Assembly: GCF_009914755.1 (NCBI RefSeq)
Contig: NC_060930.1
Reading direction: 5' to 3' (one strand)
Length of the DNA: 64,000 nucleotides
From: the human T2T-CHM13v2.0 reference genome, Homo sapiens
This document shows, piece after piece, positions 1 through 10,710 of the stretch. A program made the translations under genes and the position numbers. The notes under the pieces are model-generated. The model did no database searches. It saw only the letters and a program-made list of their open reading frames with translations, and had not been told where the DNA came from. Position 1 is the stretch's first letter. Every line of letters begins with the position of its first letter.

Positions 1-42
1 TCTTGTAGTAGCTGCAAGTGGATATTTGGACCTATTGGAGGC

Positions 43-59
43 CTTCTTTGGAAATGGGA
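43..59 (+). other. Degenerate CENP-B box, predicted non-binding
   Basis: CTTCTTTGGAAATGGGA: both core CpGs lost. Confidence 0.8.
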
Positions 60-552
60 TTTCTTCATGTAACTCTAGATTGAAGAGTTCTCAGAAACTC
101 CTTTGTGATGTGTGCATTCAATTCAAAGAGTGAAACCTCCCTTTTCACAGAGCAGTTTTGAAACACTGTTTTTGTAGGATTTCCAAGGGGATATTTATAG
201 CGCATTGAGCCTACGGCGGAAAAAGAAACATCTTCCTATAAAAACTAGACAGAATACTTCTCAGAATCTGCTTTGCGATGTGTGCGTTCAACTCACAGAG
301 TAAAACTTTTCTTTTGATAGAGCAGTTTTGAAACACTCTTTTTGTAGTATTTGCATGTGTATATTTAGAGCGCATTGAAGCCCACAGTAGAAAAGGAAAT
401 AACTTCACCTAAAACCTAGACAGAAGCAATCACAGAAACTACTTTGTGATGTGTACATTCAACTCACAGAGTGGAACTTTCCTCTTTATAGAGCAGTGTT
501 GAAACACTCTTTTTGTAGAAACTGCAAGTGGATATTTGGACCTCTTTGAGGC

Positions 553-569
553 CTTCGTTGGAAACGGGA
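553..569 (+). other. CENP-B box (recurs at the same offset in the other units)
   Basis: Exact CTTCGTTGGAAACGGGA. Confidence 0.95.
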
Positions 570-892
570 TTTCTTCCTATAACCCTAGACAGAAGAATTT
601 TCAGAAACCTCATTGTGATGTGTGCGTTCATCTCACAGAGTGGAGTCTTCCGTTTGATAGAGAAGTTTTGAAACCCTGTTCTTGTAGGATTTCCAAGTGG
701 ATATTTAGACCACTTTGAAGCCTATGATAGAAAAGGAAACATCTTCATGGAAAACATAGATAGAATCATCCTCAGAAACAACTTTGTGATGTGTGCGTTG
801 AACTCACCGTCTTTAACCTTTCTTTTGGTAGAGAAGTTTTGAAACACTCTCTTTGTAAAGTCTACAAGTGGATATTTTGAGCCCTTGGAGGC

Positions 893-909
893 ATTCTTTG
901 GAAAAGGGA
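893..909 (+). other. Degenerate CENP-B box, predicted non-binding
   Basis: ATTCTTTGGAAAAGGGA: both core CpGs lost. Confidence 0.8.
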
Positions 910-1063
910 ATGTCTTCACATAAAAGGCAGACGGAAGTGTTCTCAGAAACTGCTTTGTGATGTCTGTGTTCAACTCACAGAGTTTAACATTTCCTTTGAT
1001 AGAGCGGTTTAGTAACCCTCTCTTTGTAGAATTTGGAAGTGTATACTAAGAGCGCTTTGAGGC

Positions 1064-1080
1064 CTATGGTAGAAAAGGAA
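1064..1080 (+). other. A-type monomer box (pJ-alpha-like), representative copy
   Basis: CTATGGTAGAAAAGGAA at the position homologous to the CENP-B box in alternate monomers. Confidence 0.6.
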
Positions 1081-1234
1081 ATATCTTTCCATAAAAGCTA
1101 GACAGAAGCAATCTCAGAAACTCCTCTGTGATGTCTGCATTCAACTCACCGAGTGGAACATTCCTCTTGAGAGAGCAGTTTGGAAACACTCTTTCTGTAG
1201 AATCAGCTTGTTTGTATTTGGACCTCCTTGAGGC

Positions 1235-1251
1235 CTTCGTTGGAAACGGGT
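1235..1251 (+). other. CENP-B box (recurs per unit)
   Basis: CTTCGTTGGAAACGGGT; core TTCG-NNNN-A-NN-CGGG intact. Confidence 0.9.
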
Positions 1252-1574
1252 TTTCATCTTATAAACCCAGACAGAAGAATTCTCAGAGTCTTCTTTGTGA
1301 TGTGTGCTTTCAACTCACCGAGATAAAGATTTCTCTTGATAGAGCAATTTGGAAACACTCTTTTTGTAGAATTTGCAAGGGTACATTGAGAGCGTTTTCA
1401 GGCCTATGGTAGAAAAGGGAATATCTTTCCATAAAAGGTAGACAGAAGCAATCTCAGAAACTACTTTGTGATGTGTGCATTCAACTCACCGAGTGCAACG
1501 TTCCTCTTGACCGAGCAGTTTGGAAACATTGTTTCTGTAGAATCTGCAAGTGGATATTTGGACCTCTTTGAGGC

Positions 1575-1591
1575 CTTCGTTGGAAACGGGA
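1575..1591 (+). other. CENP-B box (recurs per unit)
   Basis: Exact CTTCGTTGGAAACGGGA. Confidence 0.95.
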
Positions 1592-1663
1592 TTTCTTCCT
1601 ATAAACCCAGACAGAAGAATTCTCAGAGACTTCTTTGTGATGTGTGAATTCAACTCACAGTGT

Positions 1664-1669
1664 GGATCC
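1664..1669. other. BamHI site, seen once per HOR unit
   Basis: GGATCC within TGTGGATCCTT; consistent with the roughly 3-kb BamHI repeat that classically defines D6Z1 (recalled). Confidence 0.8.
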
Positions 1670-1914
1670 TTCCTTTTGATAGAGCAGTTTTGAAACCCTG
1701 TTTTTGTAGTATTTCCAAGCGGATATTTGGAACGCCTTGAAGCGTATGGTAGAAAAGGAAATATCTTCCCATAAAACCTAGACAGAACCAATCTCAGAAA
1801 CGACTTTGTGATGTCTGCATTCAAGTCACAGAGTTGAACATTTCTCTTGATAGAGCAGTTTTGAAACCCTCTTTCTGAAGGATCTGCAAGTGGATATTTG
1901 GAACTCCTTTGGGT

Positions 1915-1931
1915 CTTCGTTGGAAACGGGA
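1915..1931 (+). other. CENP-B box just upstream of the deletion junction (recurs per unit)
   Basis: Exact CTTCGTTGGAAACGGGA. Confidence 0.95.
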
Positions 1932-2254
1932 TTTCTTCGTATAAATCTAGACAGAAGAATTCTCAGAAACTTCCTTGTGATGTGTGCATTCAACTCAGCG
2001 AGTGGCACCTTCCTTTGGATACAGCAGTTTTGAAACACTGTTTTTGTAGTATTTCCAAGCGGATATTTAGAGCGCCTTGAAGCCTATGCTAGAAATGGAA
2101 ATATCTCCCCATAAAACCAAGACGGAAGCAATCTCAGAAACTAATGTGTGATGGCTGCATTCCACACACACGGTGGACCATTTCTCTTGATAGAGCAGTT
2201 TTGAAACACTCTTTCTGTAGAATCTGCAAGTGGATAATTGGACCTCCTAGAGGC

Positions 2255-2271
2255 CTTCGTTGGAAACGGGA
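2255..2271 (+). other. CENP-B box (recurs per unit)
   Basis: Exact CTTCGTTGGAAACGGGA. Confidence 0.95.
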
Positions 2272-2551
2272 TTTCTTCATCTAAACCTACAGAGAAGTAT
2301 TCTCAGTAACTTCTTCGGATGTGTGCATTCGACGCACAGAATGGAACATTCCCTTTGATAGAGCAGTTTTGAGACACCGTTTTTGTAGAATTCCCAAGTG
2401 GATATTTAGAGCACTTTGAAGTCTCTGCTAGAAAAGGAAACATCTTCATGTAAAAAGTAGATAGAATCGTTCTCAGAAAGTGCTTAGTGTCGTGTGCGTT
2501 CAACTCACAGAGTTTAACGTTTCTTTTGATAGAGCGTTTCTGAAACACCCT

Positions 2552-5102
2552 TCTTGTAGTAGCTGCAAGTGGATATTTGGACCTATTGGAGGCCTTCTTT
2601 GGAAATGGGATTTCTTCATGTAACTCTAGAGTGAAGAATTCTCAGAAACTCCTTTGTGATGTGTGCATTCAATTCAAAGAGTGAAACCTCTCTTTTCACA
2701 GAGCAGTTTTGAAACACTGTTTTTGTAGGATTTCCAAGGGGATATTTATAGCGCATTGAGCCTACGGCGGAAAAAGAAACATCTTCCTATAAAAACTAGA
2801 CAGAATACTTCTCAGAATCTGCTTTGCGATGTGTGCGTTCAACTCACAGAGTAAAACTTTTCTTTTGATAGAGCAGTTTTGAAACACTCTTTTTGTAGTA
2901 TTTGCATGTGTATATTTAGAGCGCATTGAAGCCCACAGTAGAAAAGGAAATAACTTCACCTAAAACCTAGACAGAAGCAATCACAGAAACTACTTTGTGA
3001 TGTGTACATTCAACTCACAGAGTGGAACTTTCCTCTTTATAGAGCAGTGTTGAAACACTCTTTTTGTAGAAACTGCAAGTGGATATTTGGACCTCTTTGA
3101 GGCCTTCGTTGGAAACGGGATTTCTTCCTATAACCCTAGACAGAAGAATTTTCAGAAACCTCATTGTGATGTGTGCGTTCATCTCACAGAGTGGAGTCTT
3201 CCGTTTGATAGAGAAGTTTTGGAACCCTGTTCTTGTAGGATTTCCAAGTGGATATTTAGACCACTTTGAAGCCTATGATAGAAAAGGAAACATCTTCATG
3301 GAAAACATAGATAGAATCATCCTCAGAAACAACTTTGTGATGTGTGCGTTGAACTCACCGTCTTTAACCTTTCTTTTGGTAGAGAAGTTTTGAAACACTC
3401 TCTTTGTAAAGTCTACAAGTGGATATTTTGAGCCCTTGGAGGCATTCTTTGGAAAAGGGAATGTCTTCACATAAAAGGCAGACGGAAGTGTTCTCAGAAA
3501 CTGCTTTGTGATGTCTGTGTTCAACTCACAGAGTTTAACATTTCCTTTGATAGAGCGGTTTAGTAACCCTCTCTTTGTAGAATTTGGAAGTGTATACTAA
3601 GAGCGCTTTGAGGCCTATGGTAGAAAAGGAAATATCTTTCCATAAAAGCTAGACAGAAGCAATCTCAGAAACTCCTCTGTGATGTCTGCATTCAACTCAC
3701 CGAGTGGAACATTCCTCTTGAGAGAGCAGTTTGGAAACACTCTTTCTGTAGAATCAGCTTGTTTGTATTTGGACCTCCTTGAGGCCTTCGTTGGAAACGG
3801 GTTTTCATCTTATAAACCCAGACAGAAGAATTCTCAGAGTCTTCTTTGTGATGTGTGCTTTCAACTCACCGAGATAAAGATTTCTCTTGATAGAGCAATT
3901 TGGAAACACTCTTTTTGTAGAATTTGCAAGGGTACATTGAGAGCGCTTTCAGGCCTATGGTAGAAAAGGGAATATCTTTCCATAAAAGGTAGACAGAAGC
4001 AATCTCAGAAACTACTTTGTGATGTGTGCATTCAACTCACCGAGTGCAACGTTCCTCTTGACCGAGCAGTTTGGAAACATTGTTTCTGTAGAATCTGCAA
4101 GTGGATATTTGGACCTCTTTGAGGCCTTCGTTGGAAACGGGATTTCTTCCTATAAACCCAGACAGAAGAATTCTCAGAGACTTCTTTGTGATGTGTGAAT
4201 TCAACTCACAGTGTGGATCCTTCCTTTTGATAGAGCAGTTTTGAAACCCTGTTTTTGTAGTATTTCCAAGCGGATATTTGGAACGCCTTGAAGCGTATGG
4301 TAGAAAAGGAAATATCTTCCCATAAAACCTAGACAGAACCAATCTCAGAAACGACTTTGTGATGTCTGCATTCAAGTCACAGAGTTGAACATTTCTCTTG
4401 ATAGAGCAGTTTTGAAACCCTCTTTCTGAAGGATCTGCAAGTGGATATTTGGAACTCCTTTGGGTCTTCGTTGGAAACGGGATTTCTTCGTATAAATCTA
4501 GACAGAAGAATTCTCAGAAACTTCCTTGTGATGTGTGCATTCAACTCAGCGAGTGGCACCTTCCTTTGGATACAGCAGTTTTGAAACACTGTTTTTGTAG
4601 TATTTCCAAGCGGATATTTAGAGCGCCTTGAAGCCTATGCTAGAAATGGAAATATCTCCCCATAAAACCAAGACGGAAGCAATCTCAGAAACTAATGTGT
4701 GATGGCTGCATTCCACACACACGGTGGACCATTTCTCTTGATAGAGCAGTTTTGAAACACTCTTTCTGTAGAATCTGCAAGTGGATAATTGGACCTCCTA
4801 GAGGCCTTCGTTGGAAACGGGATTTCTTCATCTAAACCTACAGAGAAGTATTCTCAGTAACTTCTTCGGATGTGTGCATTCGACGCACAGAATGGAACAT
4901 TCCCTTTGATAGAGCAGTTTTGAGACACCGTTTTTGTAGAATTCCCAAGTGGATATTTAGAGCACTTTGAAGTCTCTGCTAGAAAAGGAAACATCTTCAT
5001 GTAAAAAGTAGATAGAATCGTTCTCAGAAAGTGCTTAGTGTCGTGTGCGTTCAACTCACAGAGTTTAACGTTTCTTTTGATAGAGCGTTTCTGAAACACC
5101 CT
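2552..5102 (+). repeat. HOR unit U2, 15-mer (S)
   Basis: Period 2551; same junction as U1. Confidence 0.95.
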
Positions 5103-7353
5103 TCTTGTAGTAGCTGCAAGTGGATATTTGGACCTATTGGAGGCCTTCTTTGGAAATGGGATTTCTTCATGTAACTCTAGATTGAAGAATTCTCAGAAAC
5201 TCCTTTGTGATGTGTGCATTCAATTCAAAGAGTGAAACCTCTCTTTTCACAGAGCAGTTTTGAAACACTGTTTTTGTAGGATTTCCAAGGGGATATTTAT
5301 AGCGCATTGAGCCTACGGCGGAAAAAGAAACATCTTCCTATAAAAACTAGACAGAATACTTCTCAGAATCTGCTTTGCGATGTGTGCGTTCAACTCACAG
5401 AGTAAAACTTTTCTTTTGATAGAGCAGTTTTGAAACACTCTTTTTGTAGTATTTGCATGTGTATATTTAGAGCGCATTGAAGCCCACAGTAGAAAAGGAA
5501 ATAACTTCACCTAAAACCTAGACAGAAGCAATCTCAGAAACTACTTTGTGATGTGTACATTCAACTCACAGAGTGGAACTTTCCTCTTTATAGAGCAGTG
5601 TTGAAACACTCTTTTTGTAGAAACTGCAAGTGGATATTTGGACCTCTTTGAGGCCTTCGTTGGAAACGGGATTTCTTCCTATAACCCTAGACAGAAGAAT
5701 TTTCAGAAACCTCATTGTGATGTGTGCGTTCATCTCACAGAGTGGAGTCTTCCGTTTGATAGAGAAGTTTTGAAACCCTGTTCTTGTAGGATTTCCAAGT
5801 GGATATTTAGACCACTTTGAAGCCTATGATAGAAAAGGAAACATCTTCATGGAAAACATACATAGAATCATCCTCAGAAACAACTTTGTGATGTGTGCGT
5901 TGAACTCACCGTCTTTAACCTTTCTTTTGGTAGAGAAGTTTTGAAACACTCTCTTTGTAAAGTCTACAAGTGGATATTTTGAGCCCTTGGAGGCATTCTT
6001 TGGAAAAGGGAATGTCTTCACATAAAAGGCAGACGGAAGTGTTCTCAGAAACTGCTTTGTGATGTCTGTGTTCAACTCACAGAGTTTAACATTTCCTTTG
6101 ATAGAGCGGTTTAGTAACCCTCTCTTTGTAGAATTTGGAAGTGTATACTAAGAGCGCTTTGAGGCCTATGGTAGAAAAGGAAATATCTTTCCATAAAAGC
6201 TAGACAGAAGCAATCTCAGAAACTCCTCTGTGATGTCTGCATTCAACTCACCGAGTGGAACATTCCTCTTGAGAGAGCAGTTTGGAAACACTCTTTCTGT
6301 AGAATCAGCTTGTTTGTATTTGGACCTCCTTGAGGCCTTCGTTGGAAACGGGTTTTCATCTTATAAACCCAGACAGAAGAATTCTCAGAGTCTTCTTTGT
6401 GATGTGTGCTTTCAACTCACCGAGATAAAGATTTCTCTTGATAGAGCAATTTGGAAACACTCTTTTTGTAGAATTTGCAAGGGTACATTGAGAGCGCTTT
6501 CAGGCCTATGGTAGAAAAGGGAATATCTTTCCATAAAAGGTAGACAGAAGCAATCTCAGAAACTACTTTGTGATGTGTGCATTCAACTCACCGAGTGCAA
6601 CGTTCCTCTTGACCGAGCAGTTTGGAAACATTGTTTCTGTAGAATCTGCAAGTGGATATTTGGACCTCTTTGAGGCCTTCGTTGGAAACGGGATTTCTTC
6701 CTATAAACCCAGACAGAAGAATTCTCAGAGACTTCTTTGTGATGTGTGAATTCAACTCACAGTGTGGATCCTTCCTTTTGATAGAGCAGTTTTGAAACCC
6801 TGTTTTTGTAGTATTTCCAAGCGGATATTTGGAACGCCTTGAAGCGTATGGTAGAAAAGGAAATATCTTCCCATAAAACCTAGACAGAACCAATCTCAGA
6901 AACGACTTTGTGATGTCTGCATTCAAGTCACAGAGTTGAACATTTCTCTTGATAGAGCAGTTTTGAAACCCTCTTTCTGAAGGATCTGCAAGTGGATATT
7001 TGGAACTCCTTTGGGTCTTCGTTGGAAACGGGATTTCTTCGTATAAATCTAGACAGAAGAATTCTCCGAAACTTCTTTGGTTGTGTGCATTCAAGTCACA
7101 GAGTGGAACCTTCCTTTGGATAGAGCAGTTTGAAACGCCGTGGTTGTAGTATTTCCAAGCGGATATTAGAGCGCCTTGAGGCCTATGGTAGAAAAGGAAA
7201 TATCTTCCCATAAAACCTAGACGGAAGCAATCTCAGAAACTACTGTGTGATGGCTGCATTCCACACACACGGTGGAACATTTCTCTTGATAGAGCAGTTT
7301 TGAAACACTCTTTCTGTAGAATCTGCAAGTGGATAATTGGACCGCCTTGAGGC

Positions 7354-7370
7354 CTTCGTTGGAAACGGGA
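7354..7370 (+). other. CENP-B box present only in 18-mer units
   Basis: Exact CTTCGTTGGAAACGGGA inside the 506-bp block. Confidence 0.95.
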
Positions 7371-7522
7371 TTTCTTCATGTTACTCTAGATAGAAGAATT
7401 CTCAAACACTGCTATGTGATGTTTGCATTCAAGTCACAGAGTGCAACATTCCTCTTGGTAGAGCAGTTGGGAAACACTCCTTTTGTAGAATCTGCAATGG
7501 GATATTTGGACTTCTTTGAGGC

Positions 7523-7539
7523 CTTCGTTGGAAACGGGA
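7523..7539 (+). other. Second CENP-B box present only in 18-mer units
   Basis: Exact CTTCGTTGGAAACGGGA, 169 bp after the previous box. Confidence 0.95.
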
Positions 7540-8159
7540 TTTCTTCGTATGAATCTAGACAGAAGAATTCTCAGAAACTTCCTTGTGATGTGTGCATTCA
7601 ACTCAGCGAGTGGCACCTTCCTTTGGATACAGCAGTTTTGAAACACTGTTTTTGTAGTATTTCCAAGCGGATATTTAGAGCGCCTTGAAGCCTATGCTAG
7701 AAATGGAAATATCTCCCCATAAAACCAAGACAGAAGCAATCTCAGAAACTAATGTGTGATGGCTGCATTCCACACACACGGTGGACCATTTCTCTTGATA
7801 GAGCAGTTATGAAACACTCTTTCTGTAGAATCTGCAAGTGGATAATTGGACCTCCTAGAGGCCTTCGTTGGAAACGGGATTTCTTCATCTAAACCTACAG
7901 AGAAGAATTCTCAGTAACTTCTTCGGATGTGTGCATTCGACGCACAGAATGGAACATTCCCTTTGATAGAGCAGTTTTGAGACACCGTTTTTGTAGAATT
8001 CCCAAGTGGATATTTAGAGCACTTTGAAGTCTCTGCTAGAAAAGGAAACATCTTCATGTAAAAAGTAGATAGAATCGTTCTCAGAAAGTGCTTAGTGACG
8101 TGTGCGTTCAACTCACAGAGTTTAACGTTTCTTTTGATAGAGCGTTTCTGAAACACCCT

Positions 8160-10710
8160 TCTTGTAGTAGCTGCAAGTGGATATTTGGACCTATTGGAGG
8201 CCTTCTTTGGAAATGGGATTTCTTCATGTAACTCTAGATTGAAGAGTTCTCAGAAACTCCTTTGTGATGTGTGCATTCAATTCAAAGAGTGAAACCTCCC
8301 TTTTCACAGAGCAGTTTTGAAACACTGTTTTTGTAGGATTTCCAAGGGGATATTTATAGCGCATTGAGCCTACGGCGGAAAAAGAAACATCTTCCTATAA
8401 AAACTAGACAGAATACTTCTCAGAATCTGCTTTGCGATGTGTGCGTTCAACTCACAGAGTAAAACTTTTCTTTTGATAGAGCAGTTTTGAAACACTCTTT
8501 TTGTAGTATTTGCATGTGTATATTTAGAGCGCATTGAAGCCCACAGTAGAAAAGGAAATAACTTCACCTAAAACCTAGACAGAAGCAATCTCAGAAACTA
8601 CTTTGTGATGTGTACATTCAACTCACAGAGTGGAACTTTCCTCTTTATAGAGCAGTGTTGAAACACTCTTTTTGTAGAAACTGCAAGTGGATATTTGGAC
8701 CTCTTTGAGGCCTTCGTTGGAAACGGGATTTCTTCCTATAACCCTAGACAGAAGAATTTTCAGAAACCTCATTGTGATGTGTGCGTTCATCTCACAGAGT
8801 GGAGTCTTCCGTTTGATAGAGAAGTTTTGAAACCCTGTTCTTGTAGGATTTCCAAGTGGATATTTAGACCACTTTGAAGCCTATGATAGAAAAGGAAACA
8901 TCTTCATGGAAAACATACATAGAATCATCCTCAGAAACAACTTTGTGATGTGTGCGTTGAACTCACCGTCTTTAACCTTTCTTTTGGTAGAGAAGTTTTG
9001 AAACACTCTCTTTGTAAAGTCTACAAGTGGATATTTTGAGCCCTTGGAGGCATTCTTTGGAAAAGGGAATGTCTTCACATAAAAGGCAGACGGAAGTGTT
9101 CTCAGAAACTGCTTTGTGATGTCTGTGTTCAACTCACAGAGTTTAACATTTCCTTTGATAGAGCGGTTTAGTAACCCTCTCTTTGTAGAATTTGGAAGTG
9201 TATACTAAGAGCGCTTTGAGGCCTATGGTAGAAAAGGAAATATCTTTCCATAAAAGCTAGACAGAAGCAATCTCAGAAACTCCTCTGTGATGTCTGCATT
9301 CAACTCACCGAGTGGAACATTCCTCTTGAGAGAGCAGTTTGGAAACACTCTTTCTGTAGAATCAGCTTGTTTGTATTTGGACCTCCTTGAGGCCTTCGTT
9401 GGAAACGGGTTTTCATCTTATAAACCCAGACAGAAGAATTCTCAGAGTCTTCTTTGTGATGTGTGCTTTCAACTCACCGAGATAAAGATTTCTCTTGATA
9501 GAGCAATTTGGAAACACTCTTTTTGTAGAATTTGCAAGGGTACATTGAGAGCGCTTTCAGGCCTATGGTAGAAAAGGGAATATCTTTCCATAAAAGGTAG
9601 ACAGAAGCAATCTCAGAAACTACTTTGTGATGTGTGCATTCAACTCACCGAGTGCAACGTTCCTCTTGACCGAGCAGTTTGGAAACATTGTTTCTGTAGA
9701 ATCTGCAAGTGGATATTTGGACCTCTTTGAGGCCTTCGTTGGAAACGGGATTTCTTCCTATAAACCCAGACAGAAGAATTCTCAGAGACTTCTTTGTGAT
9801 GTGTGAATTCAACTCACAGTGTGGATCCTTCCTTTTGATAGAGCAGTTTTGAAACCCTGTTTTTGTAGTATTTCCAAGCGGATATTTGGAACGCCTTGAA
9901 GCGTATGGTAGAAAAGGAAATATCTTCCCATAAAACCTAGACAGAACCAATCTCAGAAACGACTTTGTGATGTCTGCATTCAAGTCACAGAGTTGAACAT
10001 TTCTCTTGATAGAGCAGTTTTGAAACCCTCTTTCTGAAGGATCTGCAAGTGGATATTTGGAACTCCTTTGGGTCTTCGTTGGAAACGGGATTTCTTCGTA
10101 TAAATCTAGACAGAAGAATTCTCAGAAACTTCCTTGTGATGTGTGCATTCAACTCAGCGAGTGGCACCTTCCTTTGGATACAGCAGTTTTGAAACACTGT
10201 TTTTGTAGTATTTCCAAGCGGATATTTAGAGCGCCTTGAAGCCTATGCTAGAAATGGAAATATCTCCCCATAAAACCAAGACGGAAGCAATCTCAGAAAC
10301 TAATGTGTGATGGCTGCATTCCACACACACGGTGGACCATTTCTCTTGATAGAGCAGTTTTGAAACACTCTTTCTGTAGAATCTGCAAGTGGATAATTGG
10401 ACCTCCTAGAGGCCTTCGTTGGAAACGGGATTTCTTCATCTAAACCTACAGAGAAGTATTCTCAGTAACTTCTTCGGATGTGTGCATTCGACGCACAGAA
10501 TGGAACATTCCCTTTGATAGAGCAGTTTTGAGACACCGTTTTTGTAGAATTCCCAAGTGGATATTTAGAGCACTTTGAAGTCTCTGCTAGAAAAGGAAAC
10601 ATCTTCATGTAAAAAGTAGATAGAATCGTTCTCAGAAAGTGCTTAGTGTCGTGTGCGTTCAACTCACAGAGTTTAACGTTTCTTTTGATAGAGCGTTTCT
10701 GAAACACCCT
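8160..10710 (+). repeat. HOR unit U4, 15-mer (S)
   Basis: Period 2551. Confidence 0.95.

Larger units (their letters stand above)
1..2551 (+). repeat. HOR unit U1, 15-mer (S, 2551 bp)
   Basis: Period 2551 to the next unit; lacks the 506-bp block; hybrid junction at 1944-1964. Confidence 0.95.
7067..7572 (+). repeat. 506-bp three-monomer block present in L and absent from S (copy in U3)
   Basis: 3057 minus 2551 is 506. The 21-mer AATCTAGACAGAAGAATTCTC occurs at 7046-7066 and 7552-7572. Confidence 0.93.
5103..8159 (+). repeat. HOR unit U3, 18-mer (L, 3057 bp)
   Basis: Period 3057; contains the extra block 7067-7572. Confidence 0.95.

Noticed and set aside
2162-2171. CCACACACAC microsatellite-like tract
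   Set aside because: It has only about four CA units and is invariant across HORs, so it is a fixed monomer variant.
6588-7211. Longest ORF, 207 aa on the minus strand, in each L unit
   Set aside because: Its internal repeats (FQNCSIKR, SKYPL) simply translate the 171-bp monomer. There is no evidence of coding function, and similar database 'proteins' would likely be satellite mis-annotations.
1395-7809. Isolated singleton SNPs (1395, 2631, 3222, 7809)
   Set aside because: These are ordinary point mutations or consensus errors. None alters a CENP-B core, and the longer ORF at 3079-3393 caused by 3222 is incidental.
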